Below, piece after piece: positions 20,052 through 29,306 of a stretch of DNA of 60,875 nt. Position numbers and translations under genes: made by a program. Position 1 is the stretch's first letter. Each line of letters starts with the position of its first letter. The stretch is from contig SHBF01000002.1 of the NCBI GenBank assembly GCA_004212975.1, forward strand, positions 1 through 60,875. The letters are read 5' to 3'. Source of the stretch: SAR86 cluster bacterium (GTDB lineage: Bacteria > Pseudomonadota > Gammaproteobacteria > Magnimaribacterales > D2472). A model generated the notes under the pieces. That model was not told the DNA's origin, searched no databases, and worked only from the letters and a program-made list of their open reading frames with translations.

Positions 20052-20519
20052 ATGTTTGGATTTAATACGCCATCTATTGATAATAAGGGCAGAATAGCTA
20101 TTCCTGCCAGGTATAGAATTGACTTTAAAACTCAGAATCATAACGAAATTGTAATAACAAAAGATCCTCAATATCCATCTTTGAAACTATATTATCATTC
20201 AGAATGGCAAAGGATTTCGACAAAACTTCAATCACTGCAGGGCTTAGATCCTATTGTTAGAAACTTGCAATGGACAATATTAGGTAATGCCTATCAAACA
20301 GATATTGATATTGAGGGTAGGATGTTAATTAGAATTCCCTCAGATTTGCAAAATTATGCTGAAATAAACGCACAAAAACAAGTTGCTTTAGTTGGAATGG
20401 GAAACAAATTTGAAATTTGGAACATTAAAAATTGGGAAATGCGACAAACTGGAGGATCTCTGTCAACAGAGATCTTGGATGTTGTTCTGCCTGAAAGTAT
20501 TAAAGAAATGTCATTTTAA
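20052..20519 (+). CDS. mraZ: Transcriptional regulator MraZ
   Basis: 155 aa with duplicated SpoVT/AbrB-like halves: N-terminal DNKGRIAIPARYR and second-half DIEGRMLIRIPSDL. First gene of the dcw cluster. Confidence 0.92.
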   Translation: MFGFNTPSIDNKGRIAIPARYRIDFKTQNHNEIVITKDPQYPSLKLYYHSEWQRISTKLQSLQGLDPIVRNLQWTILGNAYQTDIDIEGRMLIRIPSDLQNYAEINAQKQVALVGMGNKFEIWNIKNWEMRQTGGSLSTEILDVVLPESIKEMSF

Positions 20520-20527
20520 AGGGGAAT

Positions 20528-21640
20528 ATGATGAATTTTGAGGTAGTTGAAACAAAACAAGAAAACGCAAAAATAAAAGTTGTTGGAGTTGGTGGCGGTG
20601 GAGGAAATGCCATACTTCATATGATTAATCATGATATCAAGGGAGTAGATTTTATTTGTGCAAATACTGATACTCAAGCTTTAAAATCTGTAAAAAGTGC
20701 AACTACATTAAAACTTGGCAATGGCTTAACCAAAGGATTAGGTGCTGGAGCAGATCCAGATATTGGAAGGAGGGCTGCTGAAAGTGACAGAATAGCAATT
20801 GAAGAATTATTATCTGATGCAGATATGGTGTTTATTACTGCTGGAATGGGAGGAGGCACAGGCACTGGTGCTGCACCTGTAATTGCATCAATCGCAAAAG
20901 AATTAGGAGCATTGACTGTTGCAGTAGTCACAAAACCATTTAAATTTGAAGGAAAAAAGAGAATGGGTGCTGCTGAAAAAGGACTTGCATCATTAGTTGA
21001 AGAGGTAGATAGTCTTGTAACTATCCCAAATGAGAAACTTTTTGAAATATTAGGATTAGATACCTCCATGCAAGATGCTTTTGCAAAATCTGATGACGTT
21101 TTAAAGGGAGCCGTTCAAGGAATTTCAGACATTATTATGCAAAGGGGTCATGTAAATGTTGACTTTGCTGATGTAAAAGCTGTTATGTCAGAGAAAGGTA
21201 TTGCCATGATGGGTACTGGTATAGCAAGTGGCAAGAATAGAGCTGAGGCTGCAGCGACAATGGCTGTAAAAAGTGAATTGTTAGATGATATTAATCTTAA
21301 AAATGCCAGAGGTGTTTTGGTGAATATCACAGGTAAAGAACCTACACTTAGGGATCAGGCTGAGGTAGCAGATATTATTGATGAGATTGTCAGTGAAGAT
21401 GCAAATATTATTTATGGTCTTGTTTTTGACAAAAGTTATAAAGATGAAATTAAAGTAACAATTGTTGCAACAGGAGTGGACCAAAGAGCACCATCTTTAG
21501 TGATTGATAACGAACCATCAATGAAATTAAATCCTGTTGGTTTGGATAAAGATAAAACCAGTCAAAAAGTTGGCACGTCGTCTGCAGAGGAAATTGATTT
21601 CCTCGATGTGCCGACTTTTATGAGAAAACAAGTAGATTAA
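20528..21640 (+). CDS. ftsZ: Cell division GTPase FtsZ (in a non-canonical position)
   Basis: IKVVGVGGGGGNA, NTDTQAL, the tubulin signature GMGGGTGTGAAPVIA, and the C-terminal FtsA/ZipA-binding peptide IDFLDVPTFMRKQVD. A purine-rich AAAGGGGA SD-like tract precedes the ATG. Confidence 0.97.
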   Translation: MMNFEVVETKQENAKIKVVGVGGGGGNAILHMINHDIKGVDFICANTDTQALKSVKSATTLKLGNGLTKGLGAGADPDIGRRAAESDRIAIEELLSDADMVFITAGMGGGTGTGAAPVIASIAKELGALTVAVVTKPFKFEGKKRMGAAEKGLASLVEEVDSLVTIPNEKLFEILGLDTSMQDAFAKSDDVLKGAVQGISDIIMQRGHVNVDFADVKAVMSEKGIAMMGTGIASGKNRAEAAATMAVKSELLDDINLKNARGVLVNITGKEPTLRDQAEVADIIDEIVSEDANIIYGLVFDKSYKDEIKVTIVATGVDQRAPSLVIDNEPSMKLNPVGLDKDKTSQKVGTSSAEEIDFLDVPTFMRKQVD

Positions 21641-21641
21641 A

Positions 21642-22535
21642 ATGCTTCATTTTCCAGTTTTGCTGGAAGAATCCGTTGATTTTTTACTAAATGATGTAAA
21701 CGGTCATTACATTGACTGTACTTTTGGCAGGGGCGGACATTCAAAGTTAATTTTAAAGAAATTATCTAAAGATGGACTATTAACAGGAATTGATAAAGAT
21801 CCTGATGCATGTGAATATGCTAACAAATTTCATAATGATAATTTCAATATCATCAATGATTCATTTAAAAATATTGAAAAATATTTTAAAGAAGAAAGCA
21901 TTAACGGAATTCTCTATGATCTTGGTACATGTTCAACTCATCTTGATCAATGTGAAAGGGGGTTTAGTTTTAATAAAGAAGGCCCACTTGATATGCGCTT
22001 TAATAATAAAATAGGTATTCCACTTTCCGCATGGTTAGAAAATGCCTCAGAAGAAGAAATAAGAGATATTCTTTATAAATTTGGTAATGAAAAACATGCA
22101 AAATTAATTAGTAATGCAATTATAAAAAGCAAGATTAAAAATAAGATTACAACAACAACTCAACTTTCAAATATTATTAAAGATATACATCCTGAAAAAA
22201 ATAAAAAAATACATCCAGCAACCAAATCTTTTCAAGCTTTTCGTATTTTTATAAATAATGAACTTGAAGAATTGACTGAATCTCTTAAAGCAGCTGAAAA
22301 ACTTTTAAAGTTAGGTGGTTTAATAGTAACAATAGCTTTTCACTCATTAGAAGATAATATTATCAAAAATTTTTTCAAACCACACATTGTATCTTTCCCC
22401 AAAGATATTCCTATAAATAATCAAAAAGACAAGAAATTTAAATGCATTGCAAAAAAAGTCAGGGCCTCTAAAGATGAAATAAACATTAATCCAAGATCAA
22501 GAAGTGCAATAATGAGGGTCTTTCAAAAAATATGA
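21642..22535 (+). CDS. rsmH: 16S rRNA (cytosine1402-N4)-methyltransferase RsmH
   Basis: HFPVLLEE, DCTFGRGGHS, YDLGTCSTHLD, GFSF, AFHSLEDNIIKNFF, PRSRSAIMRV. Confidence 0.94.
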   Translation: MLHFPVLLEESVDFLLNDVNGHYIDCTFGRGGHSKLILKKLSKDGLLTGIDKDPDACEYANKFHNDNFNIINDSFKNIEKYFKEESINGILYDLGTCSTHLDQCERGFSFNKEGPLDMRFNNKIGIPLSAWLENASEEEIRDILYKFGNEKHAKLISNAIIKSKIKNKITTTTQLSNIIKDIHPEKNKKIHPATKSFQAFRIFINNELEELTESLKAAEKLLKLGGLIVTIAFHSLEDNIIKNFFKPHIVSFPKDIPINNQKDKKFKCIAKKVRASKDEININPRSRSAIMRVFQKI

Positions 22536-22801
22536 TTAAAAAAAAAATTATATTTCATTATCTGTTTTTATTAGTTTTAATATTTATTTTAAGTATTGAA
22601 AAAATAAAATTATCTTGGGAAATAAGTACCCTTTATAACAATAATGAAAATATAAAAGTTGAGCTTGATAAGCTTAAAGACCTCAATCTTAAATTAACAA
22701 CACAGTACCATTTAGAAAACTCTCCAGCAATTATTGAAAAAATTGCTAAAGAAAATTTAGGAATGGCAAAAAAGAGACCTAAAAAAATTAAATATGAATA
22801 A
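22532..22801 (+). CDS. ftsL: Cell division protein FtsL
   Basis: 89-aa bitopic protein with a TM helix, a coiled coil and IEKIAKENLGM. ATGA overlap with rsmH; it precedes ftsI. Confidence 0.78.
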   Translation: MIKKKIIFHYLFLLVLIFILSIEKIKLSWEISTLYNNNENIKVELDKLKDLNLKLTTQYHLENSPAIIEKIAKENLGMAKKRPKKIKYE

Positions 22802-24413
22802 CAAACTTAATTTTTTAAATTGGAGATTTATACTAATAGCTGCTGTTATTTTTATTTGCTTGATAACAATAATTTATAAGATTCTTTCAATACAATTTTT
22901 TGATAGTAGTTTCCTTCAGAATGAAGGTAATAAGAGATATGTAAAATACAAAGATGTTGTGCCAGTAAGGGGAACTATATATGACAGAAACAATTTTCCA
23001 TTAGCGGTATCAGTCATTAATTATGATCTTTATGCTTTAAAAGGATTTACAAAATCTGAGTTGCTTAATATGTCAGAAAAAGTTGATTTGGATATTGATC
23101 CTGGAATTGAAGTTGTCAAAAAGAAAACGCTATTAAAGAAAAACATTTCAAATGAAGCGTTAATAGAAATCAGAAATTCAAGATTTAAAAATATAGAGGT
23201 GGAGGTTCGTCACAGTAGGCATTATCCGCTAGGCGATCAAATTGCGCCTTTAATTGGATTCTATGGTAAAGATGGTGCACAAGAGGGACTTGAAAAAAGT
23301 TATGACAAGGTTTTATCAGGTAAAAAAGGTAGGCAAAAATACTTTAAGAATGCTAAACAAGAAATCATTTCAAAACCTATCGAAGTTTCTAGAACAATAC
23401 AAGGAAGTGACATACATCTAACTATTGATAGTACTTTACAATTTTATGCATACAAATTCTTAGTTGAGGCCATAAAAAGCAATAAAGCAAAATCTGGAAC
23501 AGCTATAATTTTAAATAATATAGATGGTGAGATACTAGCAATGGCAAGCTTTCCATCATATAACCCAAATCACCCTCAAAGAAAGATACAAAAAAACAGG
23601 GCTTTGGTGGATGCATACGAGCTGGGATCAGTCTTAAAACCCATAGTTTTGTCAAAAGCTCTTGAACAAAAAATTGTGAATATCGATGAGTATATAGATA
23701 TTCCAAGAAGACTGTATCTCAATGACAAGATTATTGTTGATTCAAAGGAATATGAGAAGCTAACGCCAGCAGAAATAATTACATATTCTAGTCAAATCGG
23801 AGCGTCCAAAATTGCTTTAGAGCTCGGATATGATGATCTAAAATCAAATTATTATGATTTTGGTTTTACAAAACCAATTTCAATTAACTTTCCATCATCT
23901 GCATTTGGCTACATGGCCATTAAGGATAAAATTGTTGACAAAGAACTTGCAAGTTTAGGGTATGGTTACGGCTTAACAATTAGTCCTTTTCAGATAGCAT
24001 CAGCTTATTCAGTATTTGCTAATAATGGTATTTTTAAAGATTTTAGGCTGCTCAAAAACGAAGATGTTTCGTCGAGAAGAGTTATTTCTGAATCAACTGC
24101 ATCAAATATTCTGAAAGCTTTAGAAATGGTTACAAAAGACGGTACAGGAAAAGCTGCAAATGTTAATGGATTTTCTCAAGGAGGTAAGACTGGAACTGTT
24201 CATCAAATAAGATCTGGATCAGGTTATGCGGAAGATATGTATAGAGCTTCATTCATAGGAATAACGCCTTTAAACGAAAACTCTTTGACAATATTTGTTT
24301 CTATAGATGATCCTAGTCTAAATTCATACTCTGGTGGCAGTGTGGCAGCACCTGCTTTTGCAAAGATAGCAGAAAATTCTCTAAATCACTTAGGATATTT
24401 TGAAGATGAGTGA
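22794..24413 (+). CDS. ftsI: Peptidoglycan D,D-transpeptidase FtsI (PBP3)
   Basis: TM anchor, PBP dimerisation domain (RGTIYDRN), a KTG box (GGKTGT), and an SxxK-like GSVLKP in the expected place. Confidence 0.9.
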   Translation: MNNKLNFLNWRFILIAAVIFICLITIIYKILSIQFFDSSFLQNEGNKRYVKYKDVVPVRGTIYDRNNFPLAVSVINYDLYALKGFTKSELLNMSEKVDLDIDPGIEVVKKKTLLKKNISNEALIEIRNSRFKNIEVEVRHSRHYPLGDQIAPLIGFYGKDGAQEGLEKSYDKVLSGKKGRQKYFKNAKQEIISKPIEVSRTIQGSDIHLTIDSTLQFYAYKFLVEAIKSNKAKSGTAIILNNIDGEILAMASFPSYNPNHPQRKIQKNRALVDAYELGSVLKPIVLSKALEQKIVNIDEYIDIPRRLYLNDKIIVDSKEYEKLTPAEIITYSSQIGASKIALELGYDDLKSNYYDFGFTKPISINFPSSAFGYMAIKDKIVDKELASLGYGYGLTISPFQIASAYSVFANNGIFKDFRLLKNEDVSSRRVISESTASNILKALEMVTKDGTGKAANVNGFSQGGKTGTVHQIRSGSGYAEDMYRASFIGITPLNENSLTIFVSIDDPSLNSYSGGSVAAPAFAKIAENSLNHLGYFEDE

Positions 24414-25869
24414 ATATGAAGAAATATTAGGTATAAAAATTCCTAAAAATACTAAAATTAAAGCTGTAACTAATTCATCAAATAAGGCAACAAAGGATTC
24501 AATTTTTTTTGGATTCCAAGGAACTAAAGTTCATGGCAGCAAGTATGCTGAAGATGCCATTAAGAATGGAGCATCGTTGGTTATTCATGACGATCCTTTG
24601 TTTGTAAAAAATAATGAAAAGATAATTTACTCAAAAGATCTAAAAAAAAATATTATTAAATTTTTAGATTCCTTTTATTCAATTGATATTAATAGTAATA
24701 ATTTTTTCGTATTTACAGGCACAAATGGCAAGTCGTCAACTGCTTACATTTGTCATCAATTACTTCGTAATATGGATTATGAATCTTTATATGTAGGTAC
24801 TCTGGGTATAAAACATAATGATGAAAAAATTCAAACAAAATTTTCAAATAAAACAACTCCAGATATATTTGAATTATACGAAATACTTGGTTCACTGAAT
24901 TCCGGTTTAGACTCTATAAGTATATGTCTGGAAGTATCATCTCATGCGCTTGATCAAAATAGGCTTGATGGTATTCAATGGCTAAATTCTGCATCAATAT
25001 TAAATATTGGTGAAGATCATTTGGATTATCATATGGATATTTCTTCTTATAGAGACTCAAAATTTAGTATTTTTAAAATGAATTCGCCAATAAAACTTGT
25101 TATTGATGAATCTAATAATTTTGTGAAAGACTATGATTTTTTAAACGAAACAAACTTAACATATATAAGTAGTAAAAATAATTTTTCTGATATTTATTAT
25201 AAAATCACGAAAGCTAATTTTAAAAATTGCGAATTTAAAATATTTCTCAATAACCCACCAAGCGGGCAAGAAATACATAAAAATAAGAAATATAAATTTA
25301 AATGCGCTCTTTTCCCAGAGTTTAATATCACCAATCTTGTATTTGCAATTTCTTCAATAGGATTTGATGAATTCTCTGATAAGTATGTTAATGATCTATC
25401 TTTCATCAAGTTACCAAAAGGCAGGACTGAGGTTATAAATAATATTTCTAAAAATATAATCATAGACTATGCTCATAATTCTCACTCATTTGAAGTGCTA
25501 TTATGTTCAATCAAAAAATATTTCGATAATTTAATTTTAGTTTTTGGTTTTGGAGGCGAGAGAGACAAATCTAAACGAGCAAAGATGTTAAAAATTGCTT
25601 TAGAAAATTCATCTAAAATTTTTTTAACATCAGACAATTCCAGGAGTGAGAAATTTGAAAATATTATAAAAGATGCCATGAAAGGGAATAATCAGAGAAG
25701 TATAACAATCATTGAAGATAGAAAAGAGGCAATAATCAATGCAAATAAATTTTTGGATAAAAATAGTTGTTTGTTAATTCTAGGTAAGGGACATGAACAA
25801 ACTCAAGAAATTGATGGAAAAATTTATCATTTTAGTGATCATGAGGTAGTTGATGAAATTTATAACTAA
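24400..25869 (+). CDS. murE: UDP-MurNAc-tripeptide synthetase MurE
   Basis: Mur ligase motifs: N-terminal VTNSSNKATKDSIFFG (compare DSR...G..F), GTNGKSST, NIGEDHLDYH, and C-terminal LILGKGHEQTQ. Confidence 0.9.
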   Translation: MKMSEYEEILGIKIPKNTKIKAVTNSSNKATKDSIFFGFQGTKVHGSKYAEDAIKNGASLVIHDDPLFVKNNEKIIYSKDLKKNIIKFLDSFYSIDINSNNFFVFTGTNGKSSTAYICHQLLRNMDYESLYVGTLGIKHNDEKIQTKFSNKTTPDIFELYEILGSLNSGLDSISICLEVSSHALDQNRLDGIQWLNSASILNIGEDHLDYHMDISSYRDSKFSIFKMNSPIKLVIDESNNFVKDYDFLNETNLTYISSKNNFSDIYYKITKANFKNCEFKIFLNNPPSGQEIHKNKKYKFKCALFPEFNITNLVFAISSIGFDEFSDKYVNDLSFIKLPKGRTEVINNISKNIIIDYAHNSHSFEVLLCSIKKYFDNLILVFGFGGERDKSKRAKMLKIALENSSKIFLTSDNSRSEKFENIIKDAMKGNNQRSITIIEDRKEAIINANKFLDKNSCLLILGKGHEQTQEIDGKIYHFSDHEVVDEIYN

Positions 25870-27193
25870 TACCTCAGATTTAGCAAAATTTCTTAATAAG
25901 AAAATAAAATTTAATGCATTAATAAAATCAATTTCAACTGACACAAGATCATTAAAAAAAAATTCATTATTTATAGCTATAAAAGGTGAAAATTTTGATG
26001 GAAATGATTTTGTTGATGAGGCACTCTCAAAAGGTTCAAATATTATTATTGCTGACAATAAACGTTTTAAAAAAAATAAAAATAAAAGAATTATATGGGT
26101 GAATGATTCGATAAAAGCACTCAAAACAATATCACATAACATCATCAAAGATTATAGTGGTAACGTAATTGCGATTACTGGTAGCAATGGAAAAACAACA
26201 ACAACAAATATAATTGCTAAAACCCTAAAGAATAACTCAAAAACTTTAAAAAATTTTAATAACGAAATCGGTATGCCTCTGAGCTTGATGGATGCTTCTT
26301 CTAAATCAAAGAATTTAATTTTTGAAATTGGTGCCTCTAAATTAAATGACATTGATTATCTTAGTAAAATCTTACAACCTAATGTTGGACTAATAACAAA
26401 TATTGGAAATTCACATTTAGAGTCCCTAAAGAATATTGATGGTGTTTTTAAAGTAAAGTCTGAAATAGTTAAAAATATCAAGAAAAATGGCTTTTTAGTT
26501 GTACCAAATGATAATAAGAAGCATCTTAATAAATGGAAAAAAATGAGATCAGACATAACAATAATTTCTTTTGGTATGAAGGATGATTCTGATTTTTATC
26601 CTATTAATGTAAAGATAAAACAAAATGGACTACGATTTTTAATCACCTCGAGACTGCTCGAAAAAACTATAAAAATATCATCTTCACTGGAAGGATTGCA
26701 TAATGTTAAAAATATACTTTCAGCTTGTGCAGTGCATTATTGTCTAGGTCAAAATCCACAGGATTTTTCAAAATCAATTAGCTTATCTAAACTGGACAAT
26801 TTAAGGCAGGTAAAATACAAATGGATAAAAGGATCTACCTTAATTGATGATAGTTATAATGCAAATCCAGATTCAACAAAAAAATCTATTGATTTATTAA
26901 GTAATTACAACAAAAAAACTGTCTTATTATTAGGAGACATGTTGGAGTTGGGTAGGTATAAAAATAAACTTCATAAAGAAGTTGGGGAATATGCAAAATC
27001 TAAGGGAATTAGTAAATTGATTGCATTTGGCAATCTAACAAGACATTCAATTGATGGCTTTGGAAAAAATGGGATTTTTTTTAATGATGAGACTAAGTTA
27101 AAAAACTATTTAAGGAAAAATATAACGTCAAAAAATGTTATCTTAATAAAAGGTTCAAGAGGTATGAAAATGGAGCGATTTATAGATGTTTGA
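25850..27193 (+). CDS. murF: UDP-MurNAc-pentapeptide synthetase MurF
   Basis: [64 protein letters not shown]. Confidence 0.92.
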   Translation: MMKFITNTSDLAKFLNKKIKFNALIKSISTDTRSLKKNSLFIAIKGENFDGNDFVDEALSKGSNIIIADNKRFKKNKNKRIIWVNDSIKALKTISHNIIKDYSGNVIAITGSNGKTTTTNIIAKTLKNNSKTLKNFNNEIGMPLSLMDASSKSKNLIFEIGASKLNDIDYLSKILQPNVGLITNIGNSHLESLKNIDGVFKVKSEIVKNIKKNGFLVVPNDNKKHLNKWKKMRSDITIISFGMKDDSDFYPINVKIKQNGLRFLITSRLLEKTIKISSSLEGLHNVKNILSACAVHYCLGQNPQDFSKSISLSKLDNLRQVKYKWIKGSTLIDDSYNANPDSTKKSIDLLSNYNKKTVLLLGDMLELGRYKNKLHKEVGEYAKSKGISKLIAFGNLTRHSIDGFGKNGIFFNDETKLKNYLRKNITSKNVILIKGSRGMKMERFIDV

Positions 27194-28271
27194 GTATTTG
27201 GGTACAGTTTTAGTATCTGTTGATCCTGGTTTTGATGTTCTGAGATACTTAACTGTAAGAACAATTGGCGGTACGGTAACAGCGCTTTTGCTTTCAATCT
27301 TGATGGGCCCATTAATCATTAATTCTCTCAAATCAATGCAATTTGAGCAGTTTGTCAGAAAAGATGGACCACAATCCCACTACAAAAAAACGGGTACGCC
27401 CACAATGGGAGGATTACTTATATTATCTTCTTTAATAATTTCGACTCTTTTATGGGCTGATCTTGGGAATAGATATATTTGGGTTGTATTAGGAGTAACC
27501 ATAGGTTTTTCAATAATTGGTTTTTTTGATGATTATTTTAAAATTAAAAATAAAAGCCCCGATGGACTATCTTCAAAACAAAAGATTTTTTTTCAATCCA
27601 TAATTGCTCTTATATCAATAACATATCTATATTACTCAGCTGAGATTATTCCTGAACAGTCTTTTATTGTTCCTTTTTTTAAAGATTTAATAATACCCAT
27701 GTCTCCCTTTGTTTTTATTTTTATTGGAATGTTTGTATTAGTTGGCTCCTCGAATGCTGTCAATTTGACTGATGGACTGGACGGTCTTGCAATTCTTCCC
27801 TCAGTCTTGATTGGAGGAGCACTTGGCTTAATTGCTTATGCTATGGGGAACCAAAATATAGCAGATTATTTGTATCTACCGCATCTTCCATTATCTGGTG
27901 AGTTAATAGTGTTCTGTGGGGCACTAATTGGATCAGGTATTGGTTTTCTATGGTATAACACATATCCAGCTCAAGTATTCATGGGGGATATTGGGTCACT
28001 AAGTCTCGGAGCTATATTAGGAATAATCGCAATTATTTTAAGACACGAATTAGTTTTTGCAATTATGGCTGGAGTATTCGTAATGGAGACACTAAGTGTA
28101 GCAATTCAAGTAATTTCTTTTAAAACAAGAGGTAAGAGAGTTTTTTTAATGGCACCAATTCATCATCATTTTGAACTTAAGGGCTGGGCTGAGCCTAAGA
28201 TTATTGTGAGATTTTGGATAATCACACTTGTTTTAATTCTAATTGCATTATCAACATTAAAGTTAAGGTAA
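27186..28271 (+). CDS. mraY: Phospho-MurNAc-pentapeptide translocase MraY
   Basis: [42 protein letters not shown]. Confidence 0.96.
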   Translation: MFEYLGTVLVSVDPGFDVLRYLTVRTIGGTVTALLLSILMGPLIINSLKSMQFEQFVRKDGPQSHYKKTGTPTMGGLLILSSLIISTLLWADLGNRYIWVVLGVTIGFSIIGFFDDYFKIKNKSPDGLSSKQKIFFQSIIALISITYLYYSAEIIPEQSFIVPFFKDLIIPMSPFVFIFIGMFVLVGSSNAVNLTDGLDGLAILPSVLIGGALGLIAYAMGNQNIADYLYLPHLPLSGELIVFCGALIGSGIGFLWYNTYPAQVFMGDIGSLSLGAILGIIAIILRHELVFAIMAGVFVMETLSVAIQVISFKTRGKRVFLMAPIHHHFELKGWAEPKIIVRFWIITLVLILIALSTLKLR

Positions 28272-28277
28272 GGTTAA

Positions 28278-29306
28278 GTGAGATCTCTAATATATGGTTA
28301 TGGGGATACAGGTAAATCTTTTGAAAGATACTTAGAAGATAAAAAAATTAATTTTGATATTTTTGATTCAAATATTGCTGAACATAATCAAAATTATAAC
28401 CTTGAAGACTTTGATCAAATTTTGTGCAGTCCTGGAGTACCAAAAGACATTTTTGAGAATATTAAGAGCCAAAATATTAATACATTTACAGATGTAGACA
28501 TTTTTTTTAATGAAGACAAATCTGTAAAAATTGGCATTACCGGAACTAACAGGAAAAGCACTACAGCATTTCATTTACATCAATTATTAAATAAATATAA
28601 ACCCTCAAATTTAGTAGGCAATATTGGAAATCCAATGTTGGACTTTATCAATAATGGAAAAGAGTTCTCAATTATTGAATTATCAAGTTTTCAATTAGAT
28701 AAGATGAATCAAAATCGGCTTGATTTTGGCATTTTGCTTAATATTGAAGAAGATCATCTTGATTATCATGGCGATTTTAAATCTTATAAACTAGCAAAAG
28801 AAAAAATTCTCTCAGCCAATGAAAGCATTTCTTTTGAGATAGATCCGTATAATCTTTTTAAATGGATTACTGGCAAAGAAGCTAAAAAAATAAAATTAAA
28901 AAATCTTCCATATAGATTTGAACATATATCTGAGAAAATTATTAATGATTCAAAGTCAACGAATTATCATTCTTTGAAATACGCAATGAAAAAAGCAAAA
29001 AAATGCTTTAATAATGAATATATTTTAATTGTGTGTGGAAATCCAAAAAAAGAAAAATATAAAGAAATTCATCTTAAAGATCCAAGCGAAGTTTATATTT
29101 TTGGAAAGCATTCTAATCAAATAAATAAATGTATTGAACACCCTAAAAAGAAATTATTTAAGAGTATTAAAGAATTATTTGACTTTGTTCATACTAAAAA
29201 AAGTACATGTAATATACTTTTTTCACCTGGTTATCCAAGCGGTGATGACTTCAAAGATTTTAACGAAAGAGGTGAGATCTTCAACATTCACGCATTTAAC
29301 AAATAA
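28278..29306 (+). CDS. murD: UDP-MurNAc-L-Ala:D-Glu ligase MurD (compact, GTG start)
   Basis: ITGTNRKSTT, ELSSFQL, NIEEDHLDYH, NDSKSTN, LFSPGYPSGDDFKDFNERG. 342 aa versus about 438 in E. coli. Position between mraY and ftsW. Confidence 0.85.
   Translation: MRSLIYGYGDTGKSFERYLEDKKINFDIFDSNIAEHNQNYNLEDFDQILCSPGVPKDIFENIKSQNINTFTDVDIFFNEDKSVKIGITGTNRKSTTAFHLHQLLNKYKPSNLVGNIGNPMLDFINNGKEFSIIELSSFQLDKMNQNRLDFGILLNIEEDHLDYHGDFKSYKLAKEKILSANESISFEIDPYNLFKWITGKEAKKIKLKNLPYRFEHISEKIINDSKSTNYHSLKYAMKKAKKCFNNEYILIVCGNPKKEKYKEIHLKDPSEVYIFGKHSNQINKCIEHPKKKLFKSIKELFDFVHTKKSTCNILFSPGYPSGDDFKDFNERGEIFNIHAFNK

Noticed and set aside
20455-20474. Perfect 8-bp hairpin GATCTCTG-TCAA-CAGAGATC inside the 3' end of mraZ, just upstream of the relocated ftsZ
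   Set aside because: My rough expectation is that several perfect 8-bp inverted repeats with short loops occur by chance in 61 kb. It is inside coding sequence and has no T-run. It is worth remembering only if transcript processing between mraZ and ftsZ is ever observed.
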